Part shown: one piece after another, positions 20,455-38,140 of the stretch
How the letters are laid out: each line of letters begins with the position of its first letter
How positions within the stretch are numbered: position 1 is the first letter of the stretch
Origin: the human T2T-CHM13v2.0 reference genome, Homo sapiens
Assembly: GCF_009914755.1 (NCBI RefSeq)
Contig: NC_060938.1
DNA: 64,000 nt
Reading direction: 5' to 3' (one strand)
Position numbers and translations under genes: made by a program
Notes under the pieces: generated by a model
What the model was told of the DNA's origin: nothing
What the model saw: the letters and a program-made list of their open reading frames with translations, nothing else
Database searches by the model: none

Positions 20455-21446
20455 CAAAAGCTATGGTGGGTAAAACTGTTGATGCATTTCCAAAACTGAA
20501 GGCAGCTGGCACCAAGCTGTATTAGAAGTTGTCACATTCTCAACTGGTACTACAACTACAGTAAAAATAATGTAGAGTATCATTGAGAATATCACTGATG
20601 AAGCAGCAAAAATCTTTAATGCTTTAAGTCTTGATCCATGAATACACATCTTTTAATTATCTATGTGACAAAATGAGAAATGAAGCGTAAAATAATTGTT
20701 ACACCACAGTTTTTCTTGAGGAAAGAATTTGTGATCATGTGATTTATAAACTGAAATAACTGCTTTTTTAATGGAACACTGTTTTTACATGTAAGAACAA
20801 CTAAGAAACCACAATTATTAAAACTTGATTATCTGACATATTTCTTCAAAAATGAATAAAGTGAGCCTGCCACTTCAAGGAAAACAACTAACATGAGTGG
20901 ACAATAAGAAGATTTGAAAACCTTACAACCAACAATGTAAGCTTAACTAATTCCAATACTTAAAGACTTTTCTGATGAGATCAGTTGATTATAACAAATG
21001 TGAATTTTGTTATTAACTAAAAATGTGTTGGACTAGGTAAGCTGGCTCACACTTGTAATCCCAGCACTTCGGGATCACTGGAGGTCAGGAGTTCAAGACA
21101 AGCCTAGCCAACATAGTGAAACCCCATCTCTACTAAAAATATGAAAATTAGCTGGGCCTGGTGGTGCATGCCTATAGTCCCAGCTACTCAGGAGGCTGAG
21201 GCATGAGCATCACCTGAACCCAGGAGACGGAAGTGAGCTGAGATCGCACCACTGCATTCCAGCCTGGGCAACAGAGTGAGATTCTGTCTCAAACAAACAA
21301 AACAAAACAAAACAAACAAACAAAAACAACCGTATCAATAGTTGGAATATCTGGATCACTCAGTGAACCAATATTTTCCAAAGACCACTTAGTAATCTTA
21401 TAAAATCATATATGGGTAAAAGATCCCCTGAAATTGCAAGGTAGTC

Positions 21447-21513
<67 letters not shown>

Positions 21514-22010
21514 TCTGAGATAAAGTCTCACTCTGTTACCCACGCTGGAGTGCAGTGGCACAATCTCGGCTCACTGCAACCTCCACCTCCTGGGTTCAAG
21601 AGATTCTCTGCCTCGGCCTCCCCCGTAGTTGGGATTGCAGGTGCCTGCTACAATGCCTGGCTAATTTTTGTATTTTTAGTAGAGACGGGGTTTCACAATC
21701 TTGGCCAGGCTGGTCTTCAGCTCCTGACCTCGTGATCCACCCACTTCAGCCTCCCAAAGTGCTGGGATTACAGGCGTGAACCACTGCGCCCAGCCCATAA
21801 ATTATAATTTTAAAGGATAAAGATATAAAGTTCATTGATGGGATTGCAGTCTTCAGATTGCACCAAACCACTTGAAAAACTTGAGAAACTACCACTTCTC
21901 AAGCTTTGGTTTAGTATCAAACAGGAATATTCATTAGGGCTTGTGCTTTCATTCTTACAGTATATTTTAATAAACAGAAGTTATTTCTCAAATGTAGTTG
22001 AATGCTCCAA
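20455..22010 (+). mobile_element. Charlie1-like hAT DNA transposon remnant, interrupted by Alus (21030-21330 +, 21510-21795 -) and (TA)n
   Basis: aaaaatgaataaagtgagcctgccacttcaaggaaaacaact and cagtgaaccaatattttccaaa are characteristic Charlie1-family motifs (recalled). Confidence 0.7.
21456..21509. repeat. (TA)n microsatellite, about 27 units
   Basis: Pure TA run at the tail of the antisense Alu. Confidence 0.97.
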
Positions 22011-22119
22011 TATTTTCCTTTACGTTCAGTGCTGTATCTCAAGAACTCTTTTACAAAAATATTATCCTATATTATCTTTTTAAGTATAAATAAAAATAAT
22101 TATCTTTTTAAAAGCTTAT

Positions 22120-23600
22120 GAGTTTAGGTGGAAATATGAAGGGCCAAAAGGAATTGGAAGACATTTTCCTACTATTTGTTCTTTCTCTTGATTTTCATGA
22201 TTCATTATTCTTGTAGAAGTGACCTTACCACAGTATAAGGTTCACTTATAATCACTGTTCTGCCTTGTAATTTTAGGTGAATTTGTTACAAAATATTATG
22301 AAATCTATAGGAAAAGCCAACTTTCAAAGCTATTAAGCATTTGACTTAACAGTTGAGGGCAATATTATTCAGAAAAATTTCAATCTCATTCCTCAGCGCA
22401 AAAAACTGAAATAAAACTTTACCACTGCCAAGTCAGTAAATTGCTATGTAGAATGGCAATTCAGTATATTCTGCCTCTATATCTAACAAAAATTCATAGG
22501 ATTTGATGATGAAGTCCACAAATGCAAGTCAAAATCACTGCTGACACTATTATATAATAGTTCACTAAAACATGACAGATTTAAATATTTTATGCAAAGT
22601 ACCTGCTAATAAATAATACAATAAATAATCAGGCTTTAAACACCTGACATTTAACAAGCTTTTTAAATTTGTCCAACTCAAGTCTTTCTGCTCCACAGTT
22701 ATTTTTACCACTATCAACTGTAACGCATCTTAGCAGATTCCACTTCAGGTTGTACTAAGTTAGTGTTTGCTCAACTTTTCTGAAAATATTTTCTCTTGTA
22801 GTTGTTTCACATAGACTATGCATAAACACTAATTCTTCAATCACTTCAAACTCAGCACTGACTTCTGGAATATGTAACAACTGAACAGTACTGGTAACAC
22901 CTATTCATCCATCAAAAGCCTAAGAAAACCATGAAAAATCATTCACCCTTCTTTCCAAAATGACTTGATATTACTCCCAATGTCCTTAACTTTTAGAGCA
23001 ATTACTCTCGCTGAAAGGCTAATAGTCTTTTTTAAAGTTTATTTTCTATGGACACATCTTTGGTTACCGTAATGAAACATAATTTAATTAACTACTGTTG
23101 GTAATGGTTTTCCTTGCTTGGCTAACAAATAAGCCATTGAAAAAACTTACTTTAATTATAGCCTAATTTCCATTTTTTGTTTTTGAGAAGAAATTCTGCT
23201 GTGATAAAATTTTGTTTTAATTTACTATTTTTTTTCTTACCTTTTAGTTTTATTCCTGTTGGTTGGGAATATTGTGAGAAGTGCCCAGTCTGGCAATGTT
23301 GACATATATTATATTCTTTTAGCACAGCCATAGTCTTCTAGCATAACAAATATAATGCTTTGCTATCTAATTTGTTAATAATAATATACATTCCACTATG
23401 CCAATAAAGTGTTACATATAAAGTCCACTTTTCTCCTTTTCTTGTTTTAACATGATAGGTAAGTATGCACTGGTAATGAGAGAAATAAATAAGATGCCAG
23501 GGCAATATGTGTGGTGCACACACACACACACATACTGACAAACAGTAACTAAGTCATTGTGATTCGTAGCATGCAGAGCAGCAATTTGAAATATATGTGC
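22120..23600 (-). mobile_element. Degenerate hAT (Charlie-class) transposase remnant
   Basis: Minus strand near 22880-22920 (gcttttgatggatgaataggtgttaccagtactgttcagttg) resembles a decayed hAT 'LDEST-D---AQL' motif. Confidence 0.45.
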
Positions 23601-23654
23601 TCTCTGCAGCAACCAACTCTGACACTGTAGTGCAACGGAAGTCATATATAATGC

Positions 23655-24373
23655 CCAAACAATTCAGGGAAAGGAAAAGTCACGTGCCTCTCATTTTAAC
23701 TGAAAAGCTACAAATGATTAATCTTAGTGGGGAAGGAATATCAAAAAGTGAGAAAGGCCTAAAGCTAGGCCTCTTGTACCACTCAGCCAATTATGAATGT
23801 AAACGAAAAATTCTTGAATAAAATTAAAAGCACTATGTCAGTGAACATGAAACAATCTTATTGCTAATATGAAGAAAGTTTTAGTGGTCCATATGAAAGA
23901 TCAAACCAGCCACAACATTCCCTTAAGCAAAAAACCTAATCCACAGCAAGGCTCTAAGCTTCTTCAGTTCTATGAAGGCTGAGAGAGGTGAGAAAACTGC
24001 AGAAGAAAAACTGGAAGCAAGTAGAAGTTGGCTCATGAGGAAAAATGCTCTTGTCATAACATAAAAGTGGAAAGTGAAGCAGCAAGTGCTGACATGGAAG
24101 CTGTAGCAAGTTATCCAGAATATCTATCTAAGATCATTGCTGGAGGTGGCTATACTAAACAAGGTGTTTTAAGTAGACAAAAGAGCCTTCCATTAGAAGA
24201 AGATGCCATCTAGGACTTTCACAGCTAGAGAGGGAAAATCAATGCCTTGCTTCAAAGTTCAGGCTGGGGCCACACCTGTTATTCCAGCACTTTGAGAGGC
24301 CAAGGTAAGAGAATCACTTGAGCCCAGGAGTTCAAGGCCAGCCTGGACAAAAAGGCGAGACTCTTGTCTCTTT

Positions 24374-24422
<49 letters not shown>

Positions 24423-26024
24423 AAACTGACTCTCTTGTTAGGGGCTAATGCAGCTGGTAACTTGACGTTGAAGCTAATGCTCATTTGCCACTCAAAAAGC
24501 CCTAGAGCTCTTAAGAATTATGCTATATCTAATCTGCTTGCTATCTACATATGGAACAACAGTCTCCTGGATGACAGCACATCTGTTTAGAGGTTGGCTT
24601 ACTGAATATTTTCAGTCCACTGTCAAGACCTACTGCTAAGGAAAAAACATTAATTTCAAAATATTAGCACTCACTAACAATGGACCAGGTCATTAGAGGG
24701 CTTTGATGGATATGTTCAGAAAGAAGAATGTTACTTTCATGCCTGCCAGTACAATACAACATCTATCCTGCAGCCCATGCATCAATGAGTAATTTCAATT
24801 TTTAAGTCTTACTGTTTAAGAAATACATTTCAGCCAGGCAAGGCAGCTCATGCCTGTAATCCCAGCACTCTGGGACACAAAGGCAGGAGGATCACTTGAA
24901 GCCGGGAGTTCGAGAACACCCTGGCCAACATGGCAAAACCCCATCTCTACTAAAAATACAAAAATTAGCCAGGCGTGGTGGCACCCACCTGTAGTCCCAG
25001 ATACTCGGGGGGCTGAGTCAGGAGAATCGCTTGAACCGGGAGGCAGAGGTTGCAGTAAACCAAGATCACACCACTGCACTCCAGCCAGGCTGAGAAAGCG
25101 AGACTCCATCTCAAAAAAAAAAGTGATTCCTGTAGTAGATTTGGGCAAAATAAACTGAAAACCTTCTGGAAAGGCTTCACCACCGTAGATGTCATTAAGA
25201 ACATTCATAATTCATGAGAGGAAGTCAAAATATCAACATGAACAGGTGTTTGGAAGAAGTTGATTCCAACTCTCATGGATGACTTTGAGAGGTTCAAGAC
25301 TCAAGTGGAGGAAGTCACTGCAGATGTAGTGGAAACAGCATGAGAATTAGAAGTGGAGCCTGAAGATGTGACTGAATTGCTGCAATCTCATGATAAAACT
25401 TGCACAGATTAGGAGTTGTTCCTTACAGATGACCCAAGAAAGTGGTTTCTTAAAGATGGAAACTACTCCTGGTGAAAAGGCTGTGAAATTATTGAATGAC
25501 AACAAAGGATTTAGAATACTATATAACCTTAGTTGTTAAAGCAGTGGCAGGGTTTGAGCTGACTCCAATTTTGAAAAAAAGTTCTACTTTTGGGTAAAAA
25601 ATGCTATCAAACAGCATCAAGTGCTACAGAGAAATCTTTCATGAAAGAAAGAGGCAATCAATGTAGCAAACTTCATTGTTGTCTTATTGTAAGAAACTGC
25701 CAGAGGCACCCCAACCTTCAGCAATCACTGCTGGCATCAGTCAGCAGCCACCAACATCCTCTATCAGCAAAAAATCTTACAATTTACTGAAAGCTCAGAT
25801 GATCAGTAGCATTTTTTAGCAATAAAGTATTTTTAAATTAAAGTATGCACATTGGTTTTTTAAATATAACGCTATTGAACATTTAATAGACTGCAGTAGA
25901 ATATAAACATAATATTTACATACACTGGTAAACCAAAATATTTGTGTGCCTTGCTTTATGGTGATATTCACTTTATTGTGGTAGTCTATAATGGAACCTA
26001 CAGTATCTCCAAGGTATGCTTGTA
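23655..26024 (+). mobile_element. Tigger1 (TcMar) DNA transposon, near full length and decayed, with Alu insertions (about 24264-24425 and 24832-25122)
   Basis: ORF fragments RERKSHVPLILTEKLQMINLSGEGISKSEKGLKLGLL and [22 protein letters not shown] match Tigger1 transposase; end ...tatctccaaggtatgcttgta. Confidence 0.9.
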
Positions 26025-26621
26025 TTTACTTTGGTACCAATTCTAGATATACATCTGCATATACCTGGGTATTTAACTTCCTGGTCTCATGTTCCTTAAA
26101 TAGTTAATAAGAAAGAATAATTATGAACCATGCAGACCAATTAACAAGCCTAACTTCCAATATTTTCTTCACTCTGAAATAAGTATTTCCAACATTGTAT
26201 TATGTCAGAAGTTCTCGGTTTTGGGGGTGCTGTATCTTAATTTTTCTGTACTCTATTTTCAACTTCACTGACATAATACAAGCTCTATCTTCCTTACAAA
26301 TTTATAAGGAATCAAATGAAATGAAATATATAAAAGTTGTCCTCTTTCTCCCATCTTCAAAAAACTTCCCCCTGCATTTCATTTCCTGTTAGCCCTCTCT
26401 CCTTCAACAGCCTGGTCTGTAGAAAGAGTCCATACATGGCCTCCCTCCACTCCCTCATCTTCCATTCACTCCTTGTTCCAAGGCCCTCCCAACACCACTG
26501 AAACTTTTTTCAATGCCCTTTTTTTAATTTTTTTTTAAAAGCAAATTCTGCCCCCAACTTTTCATTCTTTCAGTTGAACCACTTTTTCCAAGACACTGCA
26601 GATGTAAAAAATACGTAGTTA

Positions 26622-28450
<1,829 letters not shown>

Positions 28451-28957
28451 TAAAAGGATAGGTAGGATTTACCGACTGAAAGATGAGAGTGGAAAAAGGA
28501 AGGAGGGATAGCAAGAATGGCGGGCAGGTAGACAGAAAGGTAAAATTCAGCCATGTTCAAAAGGGAACAAATAAAAGCATTGAAAGGTAAGACAGACCTA
28601 GTATATTTATGACTTGAATCCCAAGCTAAGAAACTGGAACATAATTTAGCAGAGAGACTCCAAAAGTTTTACAGCAAAAAGTATTAGAATCATTTATATA
28701 CTGGGAAAAAATAGCCTCCTCATTTTAATAATCCAGATTGGGAAATCAGATCTAAAACAGATGTTCAATGGACATCCCATTTCTTTTGTAAAAGCAACTT
28801 GAAAGGTCAGACATCAAGTTGTGTTCTGTTTTTAATTCACAATGAAAATCTGACTACTCATTTATTCAACAAATATTTGAGTACCAGCTATGTGCTAGGC
28901 ACTGTTCTAAACACGCCAATAACATTTATTTAGTGGTACTGATTCTGTACTCTAGAA

Positions 28958-29197
28958 CAATGGTTCTTAACTGGGGAGAGGGAGCAATTTTTGCTGCCCA
29001 AGGGACATCTGGCAATGTCTAAAGATATTTTTGGTTGTCACAGGGGCAGGGGGGAGGGGAGGGGCGCGGGTGTGCTACTATATCTAGTGGATGGAGGCCA
29101 GAAATGCTGCTTAACATCCTACACACAGGATATACTGCCCGTGACAAGGAATTAGCTAGCCCAAAATGTCAATAGTGCCAAAGTTGAATAAACCTGT
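28958..29197. mobile_element. MER20 (hAT-Charlie MITE)
   Basis: caatggttcttaactgggg...gggacatctggcaatgtct...caaaatgtcaatagtgccaaagttg...cctg. Confidence 0.85.
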
Positions 29198-30821
29198 TCA
29201 AGAGCAACACATTTCTATTCCCTCTTCCATAGTAACTGTTAATAAACATTAGTTCCATTTTCTACTATTTCTGTTCTACAATAGAGGCTTTAAAATATCT
29301 TAAGAAATATAACACCATTTTAATAATTTGGCAAGTAGAAGTAAAGATACCATGAATCCTGAGATATCACTTTCAAAAATGTATAAGCTACATTTATTTT
29401 ACAATATAACTTTTAGGAACAAAGTTGTCTTCTCCTTCTGACACTGTTCTCAAAAACTGTGCTAAAAGCCTTGAGTGATGTTTGATTACTCCTTTTATTT
29501 TGGGGTCCTTATAGCTGTTAATTACCACATTCTGCCAGTTCTTTCCATGTGAATGCCTCACATTTCAATGGATCTTTTTCTATTACCAATGTATTATCTG
29601 AAACATTTTACTAACTGGTTTTTCTGAAGCTCAATGTCCTTGTCTCCTTCCCTCCCAAGCTATCCCTACCCATTAATACTGTACTTTTCACCTGCTCAAA
29701 AGTCCATATGGTTGCCTGTAACATACCAAATAAGAACCTAATTCCTAAAGCTTGACATTCAAATCCTTTTTTCAACTAGCTACAATCCACTTTTCCAACT
29801 CTTTTTTCCACTGCTCTCCCTTAGGAGTAGCCTTTTTTAGCAAAATGACTTATTCTGAGATACACAAATAACCTTTCCAGATCAGAGACATCAAAAGCCA
29901 TTCAGGCTTCACTGAGACAAAAGATATGCATTCAACTCAGAATAACAGTAAGGAATCAACTTATAGGGAAACCAGATGTAGCCATGTTCTTTAAATATGA
30001 GAGATAACCCCGTTGGCTCATGCCACTGTCCTTATTTATAACAGCCCCTATTTGCCTTTCTACTTCTCTGAACTCCTTATCCTTCAAATCTACAATCTTT
30101 TCAAAAACCCAAACACAGAGTCACCTCAGTCACCACTACCTGCCCTTCTCCTACCGCACCCAATGCCTGTGGCTTTCAGGTCATTTATTTTGCAATAAAC
30201 TTGTTATCTCAATTTTACTGGTTCTCTTTTAGATTCAGACAGCTGAGATTATGATAGATTCATTAGTAAGCTGAATGGGGAAGGAAAGGATATTTACATT
30301 CCCAGGCCAATTTTCAATGCTTTTTGGAAGATTCTGTTAAATTCATAATTTCCAGAACTGGCAAGGAATAGGTAAATATATACACTCATATATTACTGGT
30401 AAGAGTATAAATTGGTATAATTATCCTACAGTGATATCTGCCAACATTGAAAGTCTTTAAAATCTGTATACCCTTTGGCCTAGGAATTCAACTTGAAAAT
30501 TTATCATGAGTAAATTATAAAATGTACAAAGGTTTAACTATAAAGACACTCATCTCTGCATTGTTTCTAACTCTCAAAGATTGAGGGGGAGGGGAAAATC
30601 CCTTGTCCAATAAAAAAAGACTATTCCATGAATCATTTATTTAAGTAATGTAATACTTTGCAACTACTAAAATCCTATAGTATCATGGTTATTGACATGT
30701 AACTCTTTTAATGGCTTTCTTTCCTAAGCTAAAAAAATACAAACATGATTCCACATAATGTATTTCAAATATTTGTATACATTTTTCTACTTTTCTATAT
30801 TTTCTACACATCTATATATAA

Positions 30822-30824
<3 letters not shown>

Positions 30825-30854
<30 letters not shown>
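30825..30854. repeat. (TG)n microsatellite
   Basis: About 15 TG units. Confidence 0.95.
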
Positions 30855-30857
<3 letters not shown>

Positions 30858-31339
30858 CATGCATGTAAATAAAATATACCTCTAAGTCTTTGTAACCTTA
30901 AGATGGTGGAGCAAAATATTTTTATTTTCTGTTGTTGATTATTTAAAATTTAGCTATATTAAATTTTTTCTGATTTAGTAAACATACATAAGGCCTATTT
31001 ATAGTTGAATGGCAGTCTTACAAAACCTAAGCAACCTTGGTTTACTCTATCTGTGGGAAAAGCATTTTTAGTAGAATGCTTGCGCATCTTCCTACATTCC
31101 TGTAATCAAACAGTATTTATCATCAACTATGTTGGTGACTCTCACTTTGACATAGGCTGAACCAGAAATCCTAGGAAAAACTGATGACAGAAAGCTAAGG
31201 GGAAGGATAGGAAACCGGGAAACCCCGGGAAAGGAGGGATTATATTACACATGTTATGGGAACTAGTTTGTATGTGCGGGGCACAGAGCATACACTTAGA
31301 TAAGAAGGGGGTCATAAAACCAGAAAGGCAATAAATAGA

Positions 31340-31560
31340 ATGTTATGAGCATGAACTCTAGACGCAAACTGTTCAGGTTCAATCTCACCTCTGCTTCTTA
31401 CTACATTTATTACCTTAAGCAAGTCACTTAACTTCTCCCTGCCGTTTCTGCCACATCTGTATAATGGGGATAACAGACCCAACCTTAGAGGGCTGTCACA
31501 CTAATGAATTCTGAGAATAGTCCCTGGTACTACAGTTAAGTGCTCATTAGTTGTCCACAC
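31340..31560 (+). mobile_element. MIR SINE
   Basis: Core 'ccttaagcaagtcacttaacttctccctgccgtttctgccacatctgtataatggggataa'. Confidence 0.75.
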
Positions 31561-32255
31561 TCATCATCTTCATTACTCCCATTACTATGATGTGAAGAGT
31601 TGTGCTGCTAGGACGGGAGAAGCAACTTTTCAACACCAATCACTTTTTTAGACGGCCTCCTTTCTAGCCTTGTTAGTTGCCCAAATTCTGAAAAAAACAA
31701 GAACTAAGACTCTAGAAGGAGATCCGAGAGGCAGACGTGTGTCTCTGTGTGTGTTTGTGTGTGTGTGTAGGTGCGTGTGCATGTAGACGAAGGAGGAATC
31801 AGGAGTAATGCCAAGAATGAGAATCAAATCTGTATAAGCAGTTCAGAAAAGGGGCATCATGAGTCGCTCTTCTCAGTGCTGCCCCAAGGGTTCCACAGTT
31901 TGCTCCTTCCATCATTCACTTGGATAAAACCTTTCAATGTCTCTCCATGGCCTTCAGAGTTAAATCAAAACTATTCCTTGGAATGACTTAAAACCCATAC
32001 TACCTCTAAAGCCTCATCTCTTGGCTCTCTCGCACCAAGCTCACTGAGCTTCCAGCCCTACCAAATTTCTTCAGTAACAACCTCTCACATCTCAGAGCCT
32101 TTGCATATGCTGCTCCCTCTGCCTGAAAAGTAACCTCTACCTCCTCCAATAGCAAACTGCTACTCAACCTTCAAAACACAGCTCAAGGATAACTCCAGAG
32201 CTCTTTCGTGATTTCAAGCTAAATGACTCTGCTATATTATCCCCCATGTGCATAA

Positions 32256-32920
32256 CACCACCACTACCACCACCACCATCACCACTAAAACCACGACCAC
32301 CACTACCACCACTACCACCACCACCACCACCAACACCAACACCACCACCATCACCACTACCACTACCACCACCACCACCATCACCACTACCACCACCACC
32401 ACTACCACCAACACCAACACCAACACCACCACCATCACCACTACCACTACCACCACCACCAACACCATCACCACTACGACCACCACCACCACCACTACCA
32501 CCACCACCACCACCACTACCACCACCACCACCATCACCACTAAAACCACGACCACCACCACCACCATCACCACCATCACCACCACCACCACCACCATCAC
32601 CACCACCACCACCACCACCATCACCACCACCACCACCATCACCACCACCATCACCACCACCACCACCACCACCACCACCATCACCACCACCATCACCACC
32701 ACCAACACCACCACCATCACCACTACCACCACCACCACCACTATCACCACCACCACCATCACCACTACCACCACCACCACCAGCATCACCACCACTACCA
32801 CCACCACCATCAGCACCATCACCACCATCACCACCACCACCACCACCACTACCACCACCACCACCACCACCACCACTACCACCACCACCAACACCACCCC
32901 CACCACTACCACCACCACCA
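32256..32920. repeat. Degenerate (CCA/TGG)n trinucleotide array, about 220 units
   Basis: CCA units with CTA/TCA/ACA/CGA variants; produces the poly-Pro, -Thr, -Gly and -Val ORFs. Confidence 0.98.
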
Positions 32921-33782
32921 CACTGCACTGATCCACCACTAGCCAATGACTTCTTTAGAGATCTTGTCTTTGGGTATTTCCAGATACTGTCCTATACAGT
33001 AACAGATACATTAAAAATAATAGTTTTAAAAATTTATTAATCACAGCTGGAAAATACAGTGAACCTACTGACTACACTGGAAACTGGTAAAGAAAGGTAA
33101 ACAAGCAAACATTTATTCTGCCTTTCCCATATGAACAGTTACACTGGGCAACCAAGTAAGAGGTGCTGGAAACTTTTCTTTTTATAAAACAGTATTCCAG
33201 ATAATAAAATGAAGGAGTAACACAACTAGAACATTATCATTTTACAACCCTTAATGAATCAACGGATCTGGGCATTAGTCACCAACAGTTGCTAGTGTCA
33301 CAAAAAGAGACAATCACATTTTGTGCCTCCTGATGAAAGAATGCACCACAACTACAAAGCAGTCTTGTAAAATAAAACTGAACCTGACTCTGACCAAGCC
33401 TCTGGTTCCAACTACTCATTTGGAAATACAGAAAATAGAGAAACATCAGGGATAAACCTGGTATTGAATCTCAGGAATCAGCAAAATCCTGACTACGGGA
33501 ACTCTACAGGGCAAATAACCCATTTCTTTAACAAATAAATTGCGAGAATAAAAAGGAAAGTGGTAACCTACAGATTAAGAGACTTAATCGCAATATGTAA
33601 GCCTTATTCAAATACTTTAAAAAACTGAGACATGTTTACCTGAACATAGAATATTTGATGATATTATGGATTTAACTGTCAATTTTTTTTTAAGTATGAT
33701 GGTGGTATTAGGTTTTTCTTAAGCCTTCACTTTTTAGAACTACATTCTCTAATATTTATAAATGATATCACATTATGCCTGA

Positions 33783-34095
33783 GGCCAGGTGCAGTGGCTC
33801 ATGCCTGTAATCCCAGCACTTTGGGAGGCTGAGGCGGGTGAACCACCTGAGGTCAGGAGTTCAAGACCAGCCTGGCCAACACAGTGAAACCCCGACTCTA
33901 CTAAAAATACAAAAATTAGCCTGGCGTGGTAGCACTCGCCTATAATCCCAGCTACTTGGGAGGCTGAGGGAGGAGAAGTGCTTGAACCTGAGAGGTGAGG
34001 TTGCAGTGAGCTGAGATCACACCACTGCACCCAGCCCGGGTGACAGAATGAGACTCCATCTCAAAAAAAAATTAATAAAAGTAAAAATAAATAAA
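33783..34095 (+). mobile_element. Alu, following an L1MC-like 3' remnant (about 33040-33780)
   Basis: Canonical Alu dimer. Confidence 0.92.
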
Positions 34096-35295
34096 AGCAC
34101 AGACCCTACAGAAAAGACTGCCTGGGTTCAAATCCTGTGTCCATGACTCACTCTGAGCTTTAGCTTCCTCAGCTGTTAAAAAAGAAAAAAAAAAAGGACA
34201 ATAATAGTCTTTACTTCAGAGGACTTTTGTAAGAATTAAGTGAGTTAAGATGGTTATAACATATAGTTCTCCCAAAACAGTGCTTCATAGAAGTTTTCAT
34301 TATCATCCCCCTTTCCACTTTACAGAAAGAAACACGGACCTGGAGAGGTGAAAAGTGACTTGCTTAATGACTTGAAAACCATCTTCCAGGAACTGTGCTT
34401 AGCACTGGTGGCAAAAACTGGCTATTTACCAAAGCGTTTCCTTTTCCTCCTGGCATATGGCTAAACTACATTTCCCAGCTTCCCTTTCAGATAACTGGTC
34501 TGGACAATGAAATGTGGGCAAAAGTGAAAGATGCCTCTGTACTACTCCCAGGCCTTGTCCCCAAACCCCCCATGCAATCCCTCACCGCTTCTCACCCTCA
34601 TTTGCCAGGTGGACATCAATGCCTAGGGCAACAGAGAAAAGATTAGCCTGAGTCCCAGTATGACTTAACTGTTACTGTGTTACTCTTGAAATTTCGGCCA
34701 CCATAAAGTCAGTAAGATTGTATTTTTATGGACTCATCACAACAATCATTATTCCTATTCAACAGTTGGGGAAACTGAAGTATAAAGAAGTCATGGTCAA
34801 TTATTCAATGGTAGATCCAGAACTTGAACCAGCACTGGCTTAATACAGAGCTCAGGATCTTAAGTGACTTCCAAGATCATAAGACCAGTAAGGGCACCAA
34901 GATTTCTAACTTAGAGTAGATACATTTTATATAGAATTTGGTTAAGTATTCCTTAAAATATCACTTTAATATGCCACAAGAATAACCACAGAATAGGGTT
35001 ACTTTAAAGTAAAAAGATACAAATAGAAGCCCAAAATGTTAAGTGGGGTTTTACAATCAAGAAGACACACCAGAATAAGATATTTTTAAAATACCATGTA
35101 CGTTAAAGAGATCATACTTCCTTACCCTAATAAATAGCCATGTAGTACAAGTTTTAACTTTTTAATTAAAAAAATTATTAAAATTATTAAATATACAACT
35201 TCTATTTGGTTTTACCTGAGCCATTCCTTTATACTGACAGTTACATAATGTGATTTCAGTTATATATGTAGTTATTGGTAATTTTTCAAAAATAG

Positions 35296-35745
<450 letters not shown>

Positions 35746-36164
35746 TAATTTCATTTGTTTTCAAAGAACATATATGCCTATGTCTGTATTTTTTTTCTAC
35801 GTACATACATGTCTTATCTAAAAACCAAAAACATCTGGAAAAATATACAAAAAAAAGTTTCCAGTGATAACCTCTGGGGAGTAAAACTGAACTTGTGATG
35901 TATACCTTTTGTTAGAATTTGAATTTATGAAAAGCACATATACCTTTAGAATAAAAAATACTTTAAAATAAAGCTCTATCATTTACAGTAATGCAAAGCG
36001 ATCCAACTCTCAAATTCCCACATAATCATGTTATGTAGTGAAGCTTTCTAGGCTGGGGGAAAAAATGTAACCCCTTATAATGAATATATAAATATATATA
36101 ATTTCATCAATTTCATTCATTATGGGTATACATTTATACATCTATTTACAAGTAAGTCTGTTTA

Positions 36165-37662
<1,498 letters not shown>

Positions 37663-37769
37663 TGAACTTGTTTTAAACTAGCAAGGGTTATGTGAATAGT
37701 GGGATTACAGATATTTTCTTCATTATGCTGGTCCATATTTAAATCCTCTCCCCCTCACAAAAAAGGTAA

Positions 37770-38140
37770 AAATATACAGCCATAAAAAAGAATGGAATCA
37801 TGTCCTTCACAGCAACATGGATGGAGCTGGAGGCTACATTCTTTTTCATCCTTTGTCCTAAAAGAAGTAACTCAGAACCAGAAAATCAAATACCACATGG
37901 TCTCATTTCTAAGTGGGAGCTAAACAATGAGTACATGTGAACATAAAGATGGAAGTAATAGACTAGAGATTCCAAAAGAGAAGGTAGAAGAGGAGGTACA
38001 CAGGTTGAAAACTACCTATTGGGTACTAGGATCACTTTGGATGATGGCTGTGCTAGCAGGCCAAACCTCGGCATTACATAATCTAGCCATGTAACGAACC
38101 TGCATGTGTACCCCCGAATCTAAAATAAAATATTTTTTTA
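37770..38140 (+). mobile_element. L1PB/MA 3' end
   Basis: cagccataaaaaagaatggaatcatgtcc...aagtgggagctaaac...aacctgcatgtgtacccc...ctaaaataaa. Confidence 0.88.

Noticed and set aside
23597-25790. Functional Tigger/TIGD transposase gene
   Set aside because: Fragmented by stops, frameshifts and two Alu insertions.
32164-33040. Long ORFs of 227-264 aa (poly-Gly, poly-Val, extensin-like poly-Pro, mucin-like poly-Thr)
   Set aside because: All are translations of the (CCA)n array in different frames; no non-repetitive coding context or splice structure.
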